DNA of 64,000 nucleotides, from the IMG/VR virus record IMGVR_UViG_2636416135_000002, one strand, 5' to 3'. Below are positions 1 to 10,182 of the stretch, one piece after another; within the stretch, counting starts at the first letter, position 1; every line of letters starts with the position of its first letter. Below the pieces are notes generated by a model, which was not told the origin of the DNA, made no database searches, and was given only the letters and a program-made list of their open reading frames with translations. A program made the translations under genes and the position numbers. Source of the stretch: an uncultured virus (IMG/VR IMGVR_UViG_2636416135_000002) (taxonomy: Duplodnaviria > Heunggongvirae > Uroviricota > Caudoviricetes).

Positions 1-943
1 CGGTAGCTGCCGCAGAGGTTCTTCCTCTGGAATCCGTCACTGTGGCTGTAAAAGTAATCGTGCCAGAGCTATTTAAAAATCCGGTTGTGAGAGTGGAAGC
101 AGTACCGGAGTAGCCTCCACCACTAATACTGTAGGATTTTATGGTAGAACCATAGCTTCCGGTAGCACCGTTGATTGTGAGAGTAGCCTTCGATTTCGAT
201 TGCACGTAGATGCCCCATGTGCTGGGGACATCACCGTCGATACGGCTTACTGTCAAGCTGGAGATGGTAGGCTTGACTGAAACAGGAACTGTTAGAGTCA
301 GCGTGCAGGTTTTTGTACCAATCTTGGTGGAACCATTATATGTGTCACATGTAATTGTGCAGGTGCCACTAGTGGTGCTTGGTATCTGATTAGCTAGTGT
401 GAGAGCAGGTGTCCATGATACAGAGGTAGAGGCGGTCTTTGTGGCGATGGTCCCCTTAGCACTACCGAAGGTATAGGACAGCGTATGAGTGAATGATGAA
501 GATGCCCTCGAAATAGAAATTGTTGTGGCACTTCCCATATTCACTGATGTTGCCGATACCGAAGATGCTCTTGGAATCGTGTTTAGCGTATGTGTTCCGC
601 TCGCTGATACATTAACCGCATAGCTATAGACACCAGCTTCACAGCTTAATTTGAAAGATTTTGTACCATCAGCGTTATGACTGATCTTTAAAGAACCCGA
701 TGCTATCACGGTTCCGTTATAGAGCTGAATACGATTGTCGGTTGAGGTGGATTAGACAGTTGTGCCGTTGATGACAGCCTTAAAACCACCAGACATGACC
801 CAGCCACTTCCTGAGCCGGAGCCTTTCAACGTCCATGCAATGGTAGATGTATTATTGGCTATATCCTGGCTGGATAGCGACCACGATAAGGTGACAGAAC
901 GTCCTTCTTTTGTGCCGGTTGTAATACTTCCGCTGGAAGCCAT
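1..943 (-). pseudogene. Phage minor tail/structural protein (DUF859-like) interrupted by in-frame TAA at 752-754; 3' end outside the window
   Basis: The 63-aa ORF ends ...INGTTV-TAA and the same frame continues STSTDNRIQLYNGTVIASGSLKISHNADGTKSF...TLNTIPRASS, typical of siphophage tail proteins. Confidence 0.75.
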
Positions 944-957
944 AATGAATCACTCCT

Positions 958-2679
958 TTACGATGCCGGGCCTCTCCACTTGATAGAGAGGTTACCGTTA
1001 TTTCTTGGAATAAAGTCAAACCATCCTCTGGTCTCATTACCAAGGGACAGCTTGTTACGAATCTCAGCATTGGTGATAACTAAGCTGTTGTTGGAGATAT
1101 AGGCAATTTTCTGACCGTTTTCTTTGAAGGCCAGTTCATTGTTTGAGAGCTCAGCAGTGAAGGCATTTCCTACTTTGCCGAGTTCAATAAGAGCTCCTTT
1201 GAAGCGGATATATTCTTCAAGGAGCTCCTGATTAGTTGCGATATTGTCCTTCAGTTCATCTGTGACAGCAGAGAAATCCATGCGGATCTCACTACTGTTT
1301 TGCGTAATCGTAGATTGAAAATCCTGCTGGATCGTTGCCATTTCTGAGCGTGAGATGTATTCTTCTCGCACGGTTAGCCTGATTTCTTCTGAAGTTTTGG
1401 AGATCTCTGAGTAACACTCGCGTACGCTTTCCTGTAACGCTGTAATATCATCAATTACTGTGTCAGTTGCTTCCTTCGCATCTTTGGCTGTAGCTTCTGC
1501 GGCATTTGCCTTTGCTATCGCACCTTGTATTTCTGCGGTTTTTCCAATCAAGTCATCGGTGAGTTCAGTGATATTTTCATTCTGTTTGGCCGATATGGAA
1601 GTCAGCTTGATACCGCTGGCACCAATAGTTATGGTGTTTCCAGAGGGATTTAAGTAATCTACGGTCTTACTCATGCAGGCGTAGCGTCCATCAATGCCGT
1701 GAGGCGGAGATAGGCAGTTCACAAACTGTCTGGCATGGATACTTCCGATATTAGCACCGGTGTCTGATTCATCCACGATTGTCAGTTCCATGCTGGTGAT
1801 ACCAGCAATAAGCTCTGCAAGACGAGCCTTTGCTTTGCGGAGAAGATTGCCCGGAAGCGTGACATCATCCCAGGCTTCTGTGGCCCAGATCCAGCCGATT
1901 TCTTTTGCAACAGTTTCATCAAATATATAATTTAGCCCATCGTTTACAGAAGTGATATCAACACGCTCATCGGATTCAACTTCGTTTCCTTCTTCATCGG
2001 TTGTCTTTTTCTTTGCTCCAAGTGGGATAAGAGCTGTGATGCGCTCAGTATGGTCGCGAGATATTTTGACATCTAGCAGATTCTTTCCGTATTCTACAGA
2101 TTGAATGGCACGCTCATTAAATTCAGCAAGATAATCCAAAACTTTCCCGGTATCCGTATAGCGGACCATCAAATAACCACCATGTGTATTGATTAGTTTA
2201 CTTTTGATGGCATCCAGCGTGCAAGAATACTCGGAATTGCTATAACTGATATAGTCATTGTTATCCGTGACTGTGATATTTCCCAGTTTGAAACGCTTCT
2301 TTTCTTCGACTGCCTTATTGTGGACAGAAAGAAAATATTCCAACAGACCTTTGAGTGTTCCTTTATAGGAGAAAGGTGGCTGTTGGCTATCCTTGAGATA
2401 TGCCAGAGCCGATTCACAGGTCCAAGTGTGTGTATTGTAAAAATCACTACCGTCATTTAAGGCACGACCCTCAAAGACTGTTGCATCGCCTTTTTTACAA
2501 ACAATAGTGGAAGCCATCGGGTGGATGGAATCCAAATATGGATGATTAAAGGGAGCAGACAGTGTCAGACTGTCGATGTTTTCGGCATCTTCAGATAGCT
2601 TTGCTTCTGTGATAGCAAGCTGAGATAACTGTGGATGATAGAAAAGCTGACCGTCTACAAAAATACGAAAGATACTCAT
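958..2679 (-). CDS. Phage tail protein (Tal / prophage endopeptidase-tail family)
   Basis: 573 aa, follows Dit; ITALIPLGA motif and coiled-coil C-terminal half. Confidence 0.8.
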   Translation of the reverse strand: MSIFRIFVDGQLFYHPQLSQLAITEAKLSEDAENIDSLTLSAPFNHPYLDSIHPMASTIVCKKGDATVFEGRALNDGSDFYNTHTWTCESALAYLKDSQQPPFSYKGTLKGLLEYFLSVHNKAVEEKKRFKLGNITVTDNNDYISYSNSEYSCTLDAIKSKLINTHGGYLMVRYTDTGKVLDYLAEFNERAIQSVEYGKNLLDVKISRDHTERITALIPLGAKKKTTDEEGNEVESDERVDITSVNDGLNYIFDETVAKEIGWIWATEAWDDVTLPGNLLRKAKARLAELIAGITSMELTIVDESDTGANIGSIHARQFVNCLSPPHGIDGRYACMSKTVDYLNPSGNTITIGASGIKLTSISAKQNENITELTDDLIGKTAEIQGAIAKANAAEATAKDAKEATDTVIDDITALQESVRECYSEISKTSEEIRLTVREEYISRSEMATIQQDFQSTITQNSSEIRMDFSAVTDELKDNIATNQELLEEYIRFKGALIELGKVGNAFTAELSNNELAFKENGQKIAYISNNSLVITNAEIRNKLSLGNETRGWFDFIPRNNGNLSIKWRGPAS

Positions 2680-3326
2680 AGGCGTCCCTCCCTGAATCGA
2701 AAAGTCGTGGTGCCGGTTCCTTGGATTGTGACTGTATTTCTGCCAGCTTGTAATTCAAACTCCGGAAGAGTCCAAGTACCTACACTGAGTGACTTCCTGA
2801 AAGAATCACTGCCGATTGTCCAGCTGAGAGCTGCTTCTGCTGAGGTTGTAATAACAGGAACAACAGGCATAAAGTCATTTTCGATAATGAGCGTACCGGA
2901 ACCAGTCAGATTAACGATTGTCTCTTCATTGTGATAGCGATAGGAATCTGCATCTTCACAGGAAATCGCGAGTTGGCCTTTACCTGAGAGTGGATCATAT
3001 TCGGATGAAATCTCTAAAGTACCAATAGCATATAGCTCCGGTTCTTCGCTGGTCGATACCTGTACTAATTGGCCCACATATCGGTTTGCTATCTCAGAGA
3101 CCATCTGGTCATATTTTGCTCTGGTTCCCAGCATAGAAAACGTTAAAGAAAAGCTCCGAGGCTGATAGGATATACGCCCCAGAGCTTCTGTATAACGAAT
3201 GGGAGAGTTCCTTCCCGGCACTACAATCGTGTTGCTTTGCGACTGTGGTACAGGGAAAGAGATGGTTTCTCGGAGCCAGCCCATAGAAGCGACTGATGTT
3301 CCGTTTAATTTAATATCAGGTGTCAT
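2676..3326 (-). CDS. Distal tail protein (Dit-like)
   Basis: 216 aa directly after the tape measure gene; VPGRN and LQAGRNTVTI motifs. Confidence 0.75.
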   Translation of the reverse strand: MTPDIKLNGTSVASMGWLRETISFPVPQSQSNTIVVPGRNSPIRYTEALGRISYQPRSFSLTFSMLGTRAKYDQMVSEIANRYVGQLVQVSTSEEPELYAIGTLEISSEYDPLSGKGQLAISCEDADSYRYHNEETIVNLTGSGTLIIENDFMPVVPVITTSAEAALSWTIGSDSFRKSLSVGTWTLPEFELQAGRNTVTIQGTGTTTFRFREGRL

Positions 3327-6300
3327 AGACTGAGCCTCCTTTGTAATTTTTGTGCTTTGCCGAGCTCACCGTCGATTGCCGGGAGCAGATGTCCTACGAG
3401 AGTCCCGTCCTCAAGGTAGATGCCTTTACTGGAATTATCCGCAATGACTGCCAGATATTTTTCCATTGCGCTGGTATTGAGATGACTGGAAATCATCGTT
3501 TCCAGCTGCTTATAGAAACCTGCAAGAGGAAGAATAGCCTCTGCACCAGCTTCACCGCCAGCCATCAAGGAAGATCCATTCATTCCAAAGATGGTAGGAC
3601 TGGTCATGATACCACCTTCCTTGTACCAATCGATAGAAAGATGTGGTACAGAAGGGGGAGCGATGGACAGTTTACCAGTCACCTTGAAATGCGGTAGCTT
3701 GATGTGCGGAAGAGAAATCTTCATGCCGGAGAAAAAACTCTTGATGGCATCAACAACACTTTTAACCTTGTTCTTTGCAGCTTCAATAGGAGTGGTGATA
3801 GCAGTCTTTATTCCGTTCCACACGGAAGTGGCGGTCGATTTGATTCCGTTAAAGATGTTGGAAACTGTGCTCTTTACAGAATTAAATACAGAAGTGACCG
3901 TCGATTTAATGGCGTTGACAGGAGTCGTGACTGCTGTTTTGATTGCGTTCCAAACGGTGGTCGCTGTGCTCTTTATCGCATTGAATACCGTCGTTACTAC
4001 AGATTTGATTGCATTGACGACGGTGGTCACAACTGTCTTTATCGCATTCCATACAGTAGAAAATACCGTCTTGATGGCGTTCATCACAGTGCTGATCACA
4101 GATGCCACTGCATGAATGACAGTTGTCACCTTGGATTTAATTGCATCCCAGACTGAGATAATAATTTCTTTACAGTTCTCCCAGATAAAGCGAAATGGAA
4201 GTGTGATAATATCGAAGGCAGCACTTAAAATGGAACCTATCGCCATGATGCCGACGGTTACGACATTTTTCAGTGTCTCCCAGATGGTGGTGAAGAAAGT
4301 AGCAATACCGTTCCAGATTCCTTCAAAGAAGGTCTTGATATTGGTCCAGACCTCATTCCAGCTGGTGCCAAACCATCCAAGGACTACATCTGCGACACCT
4401 TTGATAACATTGAGGATGTTTGAAAAGAAGCTACTGATTCCATTCCAGATAGAAGAAAATATTTCTTTTATGCCATTCCATGCCTGCGACCAGTTTCCGG
4501 TAAAGATGCCGATGAAAACATCCAGAATGCCGGTGATTACTCCGGTTACTGTGGAGAGAATATTTGCAATGTTGTTAAATGCTCCTTCAAATATTGGAGC
4601 AAGTACCTGACAAAAACCATCCCATATTGTTTTAAGAACATCTACGATATCAGTGAATTGAAATCCCAGAGCATTCAGCCTGTCAACAATACCCTGACAG
4701 AAGCCAGAGATAGTATCTTTGATACGATTCCAAGTCCCGATAATTGCATCCCGGAAGCCTTCGTTGGTTTTCCAAAGGTGAACAAAAGCAGCTGCTAAAA
4801 CGGCAATTACAGCAACAACAGCCAACACGGGCGCAGAGATGCCACCAAGTGCAGCACCAAGTTTTCCAAGAACGCCGGTTCCACCTTGAACAGCAACTTT
4901 CAGTTTACTGATACCATTTGCCAGCTTTACAAAGCCCTGCATAGCCACACCAATTTTTGATATGGCCGTTCCTATGATGATAAGCAGTGGACCGATTGAG
5001 GCGACCAAAAGAGCAATGGTAACAATGGTTCTCTTGGTGCCTTCATCCATTCCGTTAAGTTTATCCACAAAACCTTGCAATTTCGATACGATGGAGCGGA
5101 TAGCAGGCATCAGGATATCACCAAAAGAAATGGCAAGCTCCTGAAGCTGAGACTTTAAGATAGTAAGCTGACCGGCAAGATTGTCCTGCATAGTCATAGC
5201 CATTTTTTCAGCTGATCCGTCACAGTTTTCAATAGCAGAGGATAGCTTCTCGATATCGCCTTCGCCAGCATTCATCAGAGCGAGAAAGCCAGACATGGCA
5301 TTCTTACCAACAAGTGATTCTGCGGCTTGGGCTTTCTCGGATTCTGTTAAGTTACCGAAAGCAGAACGACAGTCTGCCAAAATATCGGAAAGATCACGCA
5401 TGGAGCCATCCGCATTGGTGGTAGCAATAGTGACATCTCCGATAGCCTTACCACTGATTTTTACATCACCGGCAAGGTTATTCATGATAGTACGAAGAGC
5501 AGTACCAGCCTGAGATGACTTGATACCGGCATTGGCCATAAGACCAATCGCTTCCGCAGTATCTTCAGCGGAAAACCCAAGTGCACCGGCAATAGGAGCA
5601 CAGTATTTGAAGGTTTCACCCATCATAGATACATTCGTATTGGCATTGGAAGATGCTGCTGCAAGGATATCTGCGAAACGACAGGAGTCTTTAGCGGAAA
5701 GTCCGAAAGCGGTAAGAGCATCGGTCACGATATCAGAAGTGGTTGCTAGGTCCTCACCAGAGGCAGCAGCCAAGTTCATAATACCTTCGATACCAGATAA
5801 CATATCTTCTGTTTTCCAGCCAGCCATCGCCATGTAGTTCATAGCTTCTGCGGCTTCAGTTGCAGAAAATTTAGTCTTAGCGCCCATCTCACGAGCTTTA
5901 TTTCTGAGGGCATCGAAGTCCTTACCAGTAGCACCAGAAACAGTAGCCACCTGACTCATTGCAGAGTCAAAGTCAGCTGCTGTTTTTACTGCGGCGACAC
6001 CAACACCGCCTATTACAGTGGTTACGCCCATCATCTTTTTACCGGCACCAGCGATGGAATTGCCAACGGCTTCCATCTTTTGACCAGCCACATCTATTTT
6101 AGAAAGTGCAGTGTTTGTAGTGGCAGCTTCCTGTTGCAGGTGTCGTAATTCTTCCTCAGTCTCTACGATTTCACGCTGAAGAGCGTCGTATTTGTCCTGA
6201 CCGAGTTCGCCATTTTCCAGCTGTTGTTTGGCCTGCTCCTGTGCTACCTTGAGTGAATCCAGCTTTTCCTTTGTGGCTGCGATGGCATCTTTTAAGAGTC

Positions 6301-6475
6301 TTTGCTTTTGAGAGAGTAGTTCCGTATTGGAAGGGTCCAGCTTCAGAAGGCGGTTGACGTCCTTCAAGGCAGACTGTGTAGAGCGGATTGAAGTATTGAC
6401 CGACTTTAAGGCTTTATCTAGGCCGGTCGTATCACCGCCAATTTCAACAGTGATACCTTTGATTCGGTTTGCCAA
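3323..6475 (-). CDS. Tail tape measure protein (TP901-like)
   Basis: 1050 aa, MANRIKGITVEIGGDT start, TKFSATEAAEAMNYMAMAGW core, 11-residue W/F-periodic repeats; TTG start after AAGGAGG. Confidence 0.95.
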   Translation of the reverse strand: MANRIKGITVEIGGDTTGLDKALKSVNTSIRSTQSALKDVNRLLKLDPSNTELLSQKQRLLKDAIAATKEKLDSLKVAQEQAKQQLENGELGQDKYDALQREIVETEEELRHLQQEAATTNTALSKIDVAGQKMEAVGNSIAGAGKKMMGVTTVIGGVGVAAVKTAADFDSAMSQVATVSGATGKDFDALRNKAREMGAKTKFSATEAAEAMNYMAMAGWKTEDMLSGIEGIMNLAAASGEDLATTSDIVTDALTAFGLSAKDSCRFADILAAASSNANTNVSMMGETFKYCAPIAGALGFSAEDTAEAIGLMANAGIKSSQAGTALRTIMNNLAGDVKISGKAIGDVTIATTNADGSMRDLSDILADCRSAFGNLTESEKAQAAESLVGKNAMSGFLALMNAGEGDIEKLSSAIENCDGSAEKMAMTMQDNLAGQLTILKSQLQELAISFGDILMPAIRSIVSKLQGFVDKLNGMDEGTKRTIVTIALLVASIGPLLIIIGTAISKIGVAMQGFVKLANGISKLKVAVQGGTGVLGKLGAALGGISAPVLAVVAVIAVLAAAFVHLWKTNEGFRDAIIGTWNRIKDTISGFCQGIVDRLNALGFQFTDIVDVLKTIWDGFCQVLAPIFEGAFNNIANILSTVTGVITGILDVFIGIFTGNWSQAWNGIKEIFSSIWNGISSFFSNILNVIKGVADVVLGWFGTSWNEVWTNIKTFFEGIWNGIATFFTTIWETLKNVVTVGIMAIGSILSAAFDIITLPFRFIWENCKEIIISVWDAIKSKVTTVIHAVASVISTVMNAIKTVFSTVWNAIKTVVTTVVNAIKSVVTTVFNAIKSTATTVWNAIKTAVTTPVNAIKSTVTSVFNSVKSTVSNIFNGIKSTATSVWNGIKTAITTPIEAAKNKVKSVVDAIKSFFSGMKISLPHIKLPHFKVTGKLSIAPPSVPHLSIDWYKEGGIMTSPTIFGMNGSSLMAGGEAGAEAILPLAGFYKQLETMISSHLNTSAMEKYLAVIADNSSKGIYLEDGTLVGHLLPAIDGELGKAQKLQRRLSL

Positions 6476-6490
6476 GTGTACGTCACCTCC

Positions 6491-6655
6491 TTAGAATTTA
6501 TCGAAGTCCTCCTGCGTTGCGATTTGCTGGTATTTCACATCGTCATTCGCCTTTTCCGTCCAGATGTCCATCACCATTCCAATGGTCAGAAGATCAAGAT
6601 CTCGAATAGAGATGCCGATTTCTATGCAACGCAGGAGAAACAACGGTGTGGTCAT
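6491..6655 (-). CDS. Tail assembly chaperone, second (T-like) segment, 54 aa; not in the ORF track
   Basis: Hand translation MTTPLFLLRCIEIGISIRDLDLLTIGMVMDIWTEKANDDVKYQQIATQEDFDKF; lies in the -1 frame of the upstream gene. Confidence 0.75.
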   Translation of the reverse strand: MTTPLFLLRCIEIGISIRDLDLLTIGMVMDIWTEKANDDVKYQQIATQEDFDKF

Positions 6656-7026
6656 TTCCCGGCTACTGCGATGAAGTTTTTTTTAGATTCAATTTCTGTT
6701 TGGAGGTTCATGCCCCAAAGTTCGAGAATTTCAGGAAGTACCTCATAGATGGAGAACATTTCGAATTCATCCAGCCATTCCTCAATGGTTGCCGGAATAC
6801 TGTGGTCTGCATGGTAGGCCATGATATAGGCCACATTCTCGAAAATCTCTAGGTCCTCAATCTCAAAGGATGAACCGTCATCCGAGCTGCCCTTGTAGGA
6901 AGATTCAAGGCGAGATAGATCCTTGAAGATATCACGCTTGAATTTCACACGATAGAGCCTTGGGATAGTGGCGGAGGAGCGAAATTTAACTTGTTTATCA
7001 CCGATTGCAATTGTTTTTTCTAACAT
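6652..7026 (-). CDS. Tail assembly chaperone (G-like)
   Basis: Between major tail and tape measure genes; ends ESKKNF over an A8C slippery run. Confidence 0.8.
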   Translation of the reverse strand: MLEKTIAIGDKQVKFRSSATIPRLYRVKFKRDIFKDLSRLESSYKGSSDDGSSFEIEDLEIFENVAYIMAYHADHSIPATIEEWLDEFEMFSIYEVLPEILELWGMNLQTEIESKKNFIAVAGK

Positions 7027-7040
7027 GCCTTACGTCCTCC

Positions 7041-7613
7041 TTATCCTTCTGTCTTAGGTACAGGCACATAGACCTGCTGATACCAGTTCTTGTAGGTTTC
7101 TGCGTCAGTCTCATCACCGGTACGGCTCTTTACAAGACCATCCTCTCTAGGGTCAGCGGTAAGCGTTAGCTTCTCCTTGCCTGGCTCGATGGTATCCTCT
7201 TTGGTCTCAGATTCAATGGATGGACGAGAGGAAGTGCAGTTGTATAGCACATGACGAATGCTTCTGACATCACCATCAAACTCGAAGAGCAATGCGAACT
7301 TTTCAAGCTCAGTGATGCTTGCATTTTCAATGAGCACACCATTTGTGTCCAGTTCTTCCTTTAGGATTTCTGTACGGAACCATTCCGGAATGAGTGCAAT
7401 TTCCAAATCACCGCTGTAACCGTTGTTTGCAGTGGAACGGAAATATACAATACCGTCGGCATAGAACGGAGAACTGTCACCCTCCGCATCTAAGCTGATG
7501 CTGACTGCTCCGGGGATAGCTTTCGGTTTGGCGTAGGTAAAGGCGCCATTCTCGCCACGAGTCAGCTTGGCGGCATGAACATTTTTCAGGTTATATTTGA
7601 CTTTATTACCCAT
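7041..7613 (-). CDS. Major tail protein (phi13 family)
   Basis: NKVKYNLKNVH, FYADGIVY, NNGYSGDLEIA, FALLFEFDGD motifs. Confidence 0.9.
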   Translation of the reverse strand: MGNKVKYNLKNVHAAKLTRGENGAFTYAKPKAIPGAVSISLDAEGDSSPFYADGIVYFRSTANNGYSGDLEIALIPEWFRTEILKEELDTNGVLIENASITELEKFALLFEFDGDVRSIRHVLYNCTSSRPSIESETKEDTIEPGKEKLTLTADPREDGLVKSRTGDETDAETYKNWYQQVYVPVPKTEG

Positions 7614-7618
7614 TTTGA

Positions 7619-7936
7619 TTAGACCTCCATTTCAAATGTGTAGAGGACTTCATAGAGCTTCTCGCTCTCAATCCAGACCTCTGTTTTGTTATAAAAAATG
7701 CCGTGCTCATCAAGCACAGCTTCTAGTGTTGCTTCCAATGCCGGGTCCTTACTATCACAGTAGAGTTCAATATGGACCTCATTGATTTTGTAATAGACGC
7801 GGCCATCTGCGGAGAAGTTGTCACTTCCCGGAAGCAGGTAGCAGATAAATGGTGGATTTGGTGATTCTCCCTCAGCAAAGTGGTCATAGGCAAAGGGAAG
7901 GGCCATCTCCGATAGAATCTTCAGTAATCTATCCAT
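7619..7936 (-). CDS. Putative tail completion/terminator protein
   Basis: 105 aa, position in the head-tail cluster. Confidence 0.65.
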   Translation of the reverse strand: MDRLLKILSEMALPFAYDHFAEGESPNPPFICYLLPGSDNFSADGRVYYKINEVHIELYCDSKDPALEATLEAVLDEHGIFYNKTEVWIESEKLYEVLYTFEMEV

Positions 7937-8312
7937 TTTTCAGACACCTCTCAATCTCAGATTCCAGTTCTTTGATACCAACTTCTTCTGCAGGAGCGAT
8001 ATGAGAACGACCGGCCACACGGCCACCGCCACGTTTGGCATGACCAAATTCAAGAAGGTGCGCTAACTGATAGCGATTTCTGGAATACACAGTGACTTCT
8101 AACGATTGGGAAGTTTCCTTGGTGTTCTTCACAGACCAACTCTTGCTGTAGGCTCCGGTATCTTTGGGAGCAGTACTTTGAATTTGCTTTTTAACTGTAT
8201 TACCAGCTTTTTTGACAGCGGCTTTCATATCTACTGTTGCAAGGTTCGCATATTCGGTCAATTCCTTCATTACGGCATCGGCAAGACCGTCAATTTTTAC
8301 TTTCTGGGCCAT
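7929..8312 (-). CDS. HK97 gp10-family protein
   Basis: APKDTGAY and LAHLLEFGHAKRGGGRV motifs. Confidence 0.85.
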   Translation of the reverse strand: MAQKVKIDGLADAVMKELTEYANLATVDMKAAVKKAGNTVKKQIQSTAPKDTGAYSKSWSVKNTKETSQSLEVTVYSRNRYQLAHLLEFGHAKRGGGRVAGRSHIAPAEEVGIKELESEIERCLKNG

Positions 8313-8313
8313 G

Positions 8314-8646
8314 TCATCGCCTCACTTTCTGGCAGGAGAGCTTGATACATTTTCGTTTAAAATTCATATGGTCTACTGCCAAAATATCATATAGTTCATT
8401 TCCAAACTGTATCCGATATCCAGTAGAGGTGAGAGCTGCAGCTTTCTTGCAATAGCGGATTGTGAAATCAATCTTGGAATCGTCTACTACAAGACCGGCA
8501 TCGGTGGATTCCTTCCCAGCTTCTGCACTAACGGTGGCATAGCAGGTGTAGTAATCTTTCCAAGCGTTCCTTCGATTTCCGATTGCATCAGAGATGACTT
8601 CATTCTTCTGAATATAAATGCGGACATTGAGTAGCTCAATATTCAT
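8314..8646 (-). CDS. Head closure / head-tail adaptor
   Basis: 110 aa; DAIGN, FTIRY and YDILAVD motifs. Confidence 0.8.
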   Translation of the reverse strand: MNIELLNVRIYIQKNEVISDAIGNRRNAWKDYYTCYATVSAEAGKESTDAGLVVDDSKIDFTIRYCKKAAALTSTGYRIQFGNELYDILAVDHMNFKRKCIKLSCQKVRR

Positions 8647-8918
8647 CAGAAGGCCTCCTTTCTGGAACCGAAGAGAAGAGAGCGTAAAGTCAGTGTCAGA
8701 GCATGATGGTCTGCTTCTTCACGGTGTTCGTAAAGATAGGCGACAGCGTAATAGATGGCAGGCTTTGCATTTTCACTTTCTTCAAAGGCATCCTGATCCT
8801 GTCTTGTGATATCCATGCAGAGGCGTGTAGCCGATGTGATGAGTGTTTCAATGAGAAAATCGTCATCGTCAAAGTCCACTCGTAGATACTGTTTCATTTC
8901 TTCTAAAGTGATAATCAT
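8646..8918 (-). CDS. Head-tail connector (gp6-like)
   Basis: ITLEEMKQYLRVD...YLYEHRE; start moved to the ATG at 8918 after a GGAGG RBS. Confidence 0.85.
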   Translation of the reverse strand: MIITLEEMKQYLRVDFDDDDFLIETLITSATRLCMDITRQDQDAFEESENAKPAIYYAVAYLYEHREEADHHALTLTLRSLLFGSRKEAF

Positions 8919-8985
8919 CGTTATTGCCTCCAATCTTGAAAAGGTGGGCAGCGCCATCGAAAGAGGACGACGCTGCCTTTCATGT

Positions 8986-10167
8986 TTAGCCCTTAGAAGA
9001 ACCATTGAGTTTCAAAATCTGTACTGCTTCCGGAAGAATCAGCTTGCCATCGACACGTTCCTTTGCCACATAGCCAATCATACCGTTGCCTGCAAAGAGC
9101 TCAGTGAGCTGCTTGAAGGAGCGAGTACCGCGATCACCAATGTTGTAATAGCTGTAATCACCGAAAGCGATAGCATTCTCCGGTGCATATGCAGAGGTGT
9201 GAACGGCATAGCCAAGGACCTTATCCGGTTCACCGGCCTGATAAGATGGCTGCCAGATATATGCGCCATTGTTGTCCTTCAGCTTGCGAAGCTGTGCCAA
9301 CGTCTTATCATTCATGATGAAACTTGCATTCTTACGATACGGACGCTTAAGAGCATATCCCAGGTCAAGCATATCATCTGATTTGATGGCAGCAGAAAGT
9401 GTACCTGCTACCGTACCGCCACCAGCTGTAGCAAAAAGTCCTGTCGGTTTACCGGAACCGTCTCCATTGAGGAATGCATCCTCTTCGGCATTTGCCAAAG
9501 CCTTACCAAACTGATCGATGATGTAATTTTCAAGACCGAAGGCATTATCATAGAGAAGTTCCTCAGTTACCTTGATAGCTACATGGAGCTTGTGTGCATC
9601 CAAAAGGATCTGACTGAAGGTTGCATCAGAAAACTGAAGAGCACCGCCTTCTTCAATCCATGCAGCTGCAGGTTTCGTAGCAGCGATGTTGATCTTATGC
9701 TCACCGGAAGTTGTGATGGTGTGTCCAAGACTTCTCATGATATTTTCTTCGGTAAGAACATCAATCAGACGACTGTCATATTCCTCCGGAACAAGGTAGC
9801 CACCGTCTGCATCAACACCTTCCTGTAAAATATTAGATACCTGACGGAAGTTAGTGCGGAGTGCCTGAAGCATACCATTTTTGTATTCATCAGAAGCACG
9901 ACCAGTCTTTGCAGGCTTTTCAGTAGCAGTAACAGGTTTTGAAGTGAGAGGTTTGTTTACCGGCTTGCTAAGCTCAGCATCCAATGCTTCCTGCCTCTCC
10001 AGACGAGCGATTTCCTTGCCAAGATCTGCGATTTCCTGTTCCATTCTGGAATAAGTTGCATCGTCCTCTGCAGTGAGAGTACCTTTTTCGGTACGATGAG
10101 AATCAAGAAATGCCTTTGCAGCATTCCATGCAGTATTGCGCTTTTCACGCAGTTCTAAAATAGTCAT
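8986..10167 (-). CDS. Major capsid protein, HK97 family
   Basis: DGGYLVPEE, FLNGDGSGKPTG and FGDYSYY motifs; N-terminal coiled-coil delta domain. Confidence 0.95.
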   Translation of the reverse strand: MTILELREKRNTAWNAAKAFLDSHRTEKGTLTAEDDATYSRMEQEIADLGKEIARLERQEALDAELSKPVNKPLTSKPVTATEKPAKTGRASDEYKNGMLQALRTNFRQVSNILQEGVDADGGYLVPEEYDSRLIDVLTEENIMRSLGHTITTSGEHKINIAATKPAAAWIEEGGALQFSDATFSQILLDAHKLHVAIKVTEELLYDNAFGLENYIIDQFGKALANAEEDAFLNGDGSGKPTGLFATAGGGTVAGTLSAAIKSDDMLDLGYALKRPYRKNASFIMNDKTLAQLRKLKDNNGAYIWQPSYQAGEPDKVLGYAVHTSAYAPENAIAFGDYSYYNIGDRGTRSFKQLTELFAGNGMIGYVAKERVDGKLILPEAVQILKLNGSSKG

Positions 10168-10182
10168 AGTTGAATACCTCCA

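Noticed and set aside
1..3326. Diversity-generating retroelement or invertible tail cassette
   Set aside because: No reverse transcriptase, template/variable repeat pair or invertase is visible here; the region left of the window cannot be assessed.
3700..4620. Repeats and long antisense ORFs in the tape measure gene
   Set aside because: Explained by the 11-residue periodicity and codon bias of the tape measure protein; the opposite-strand ORFs have no RBS or recognisable motifs.
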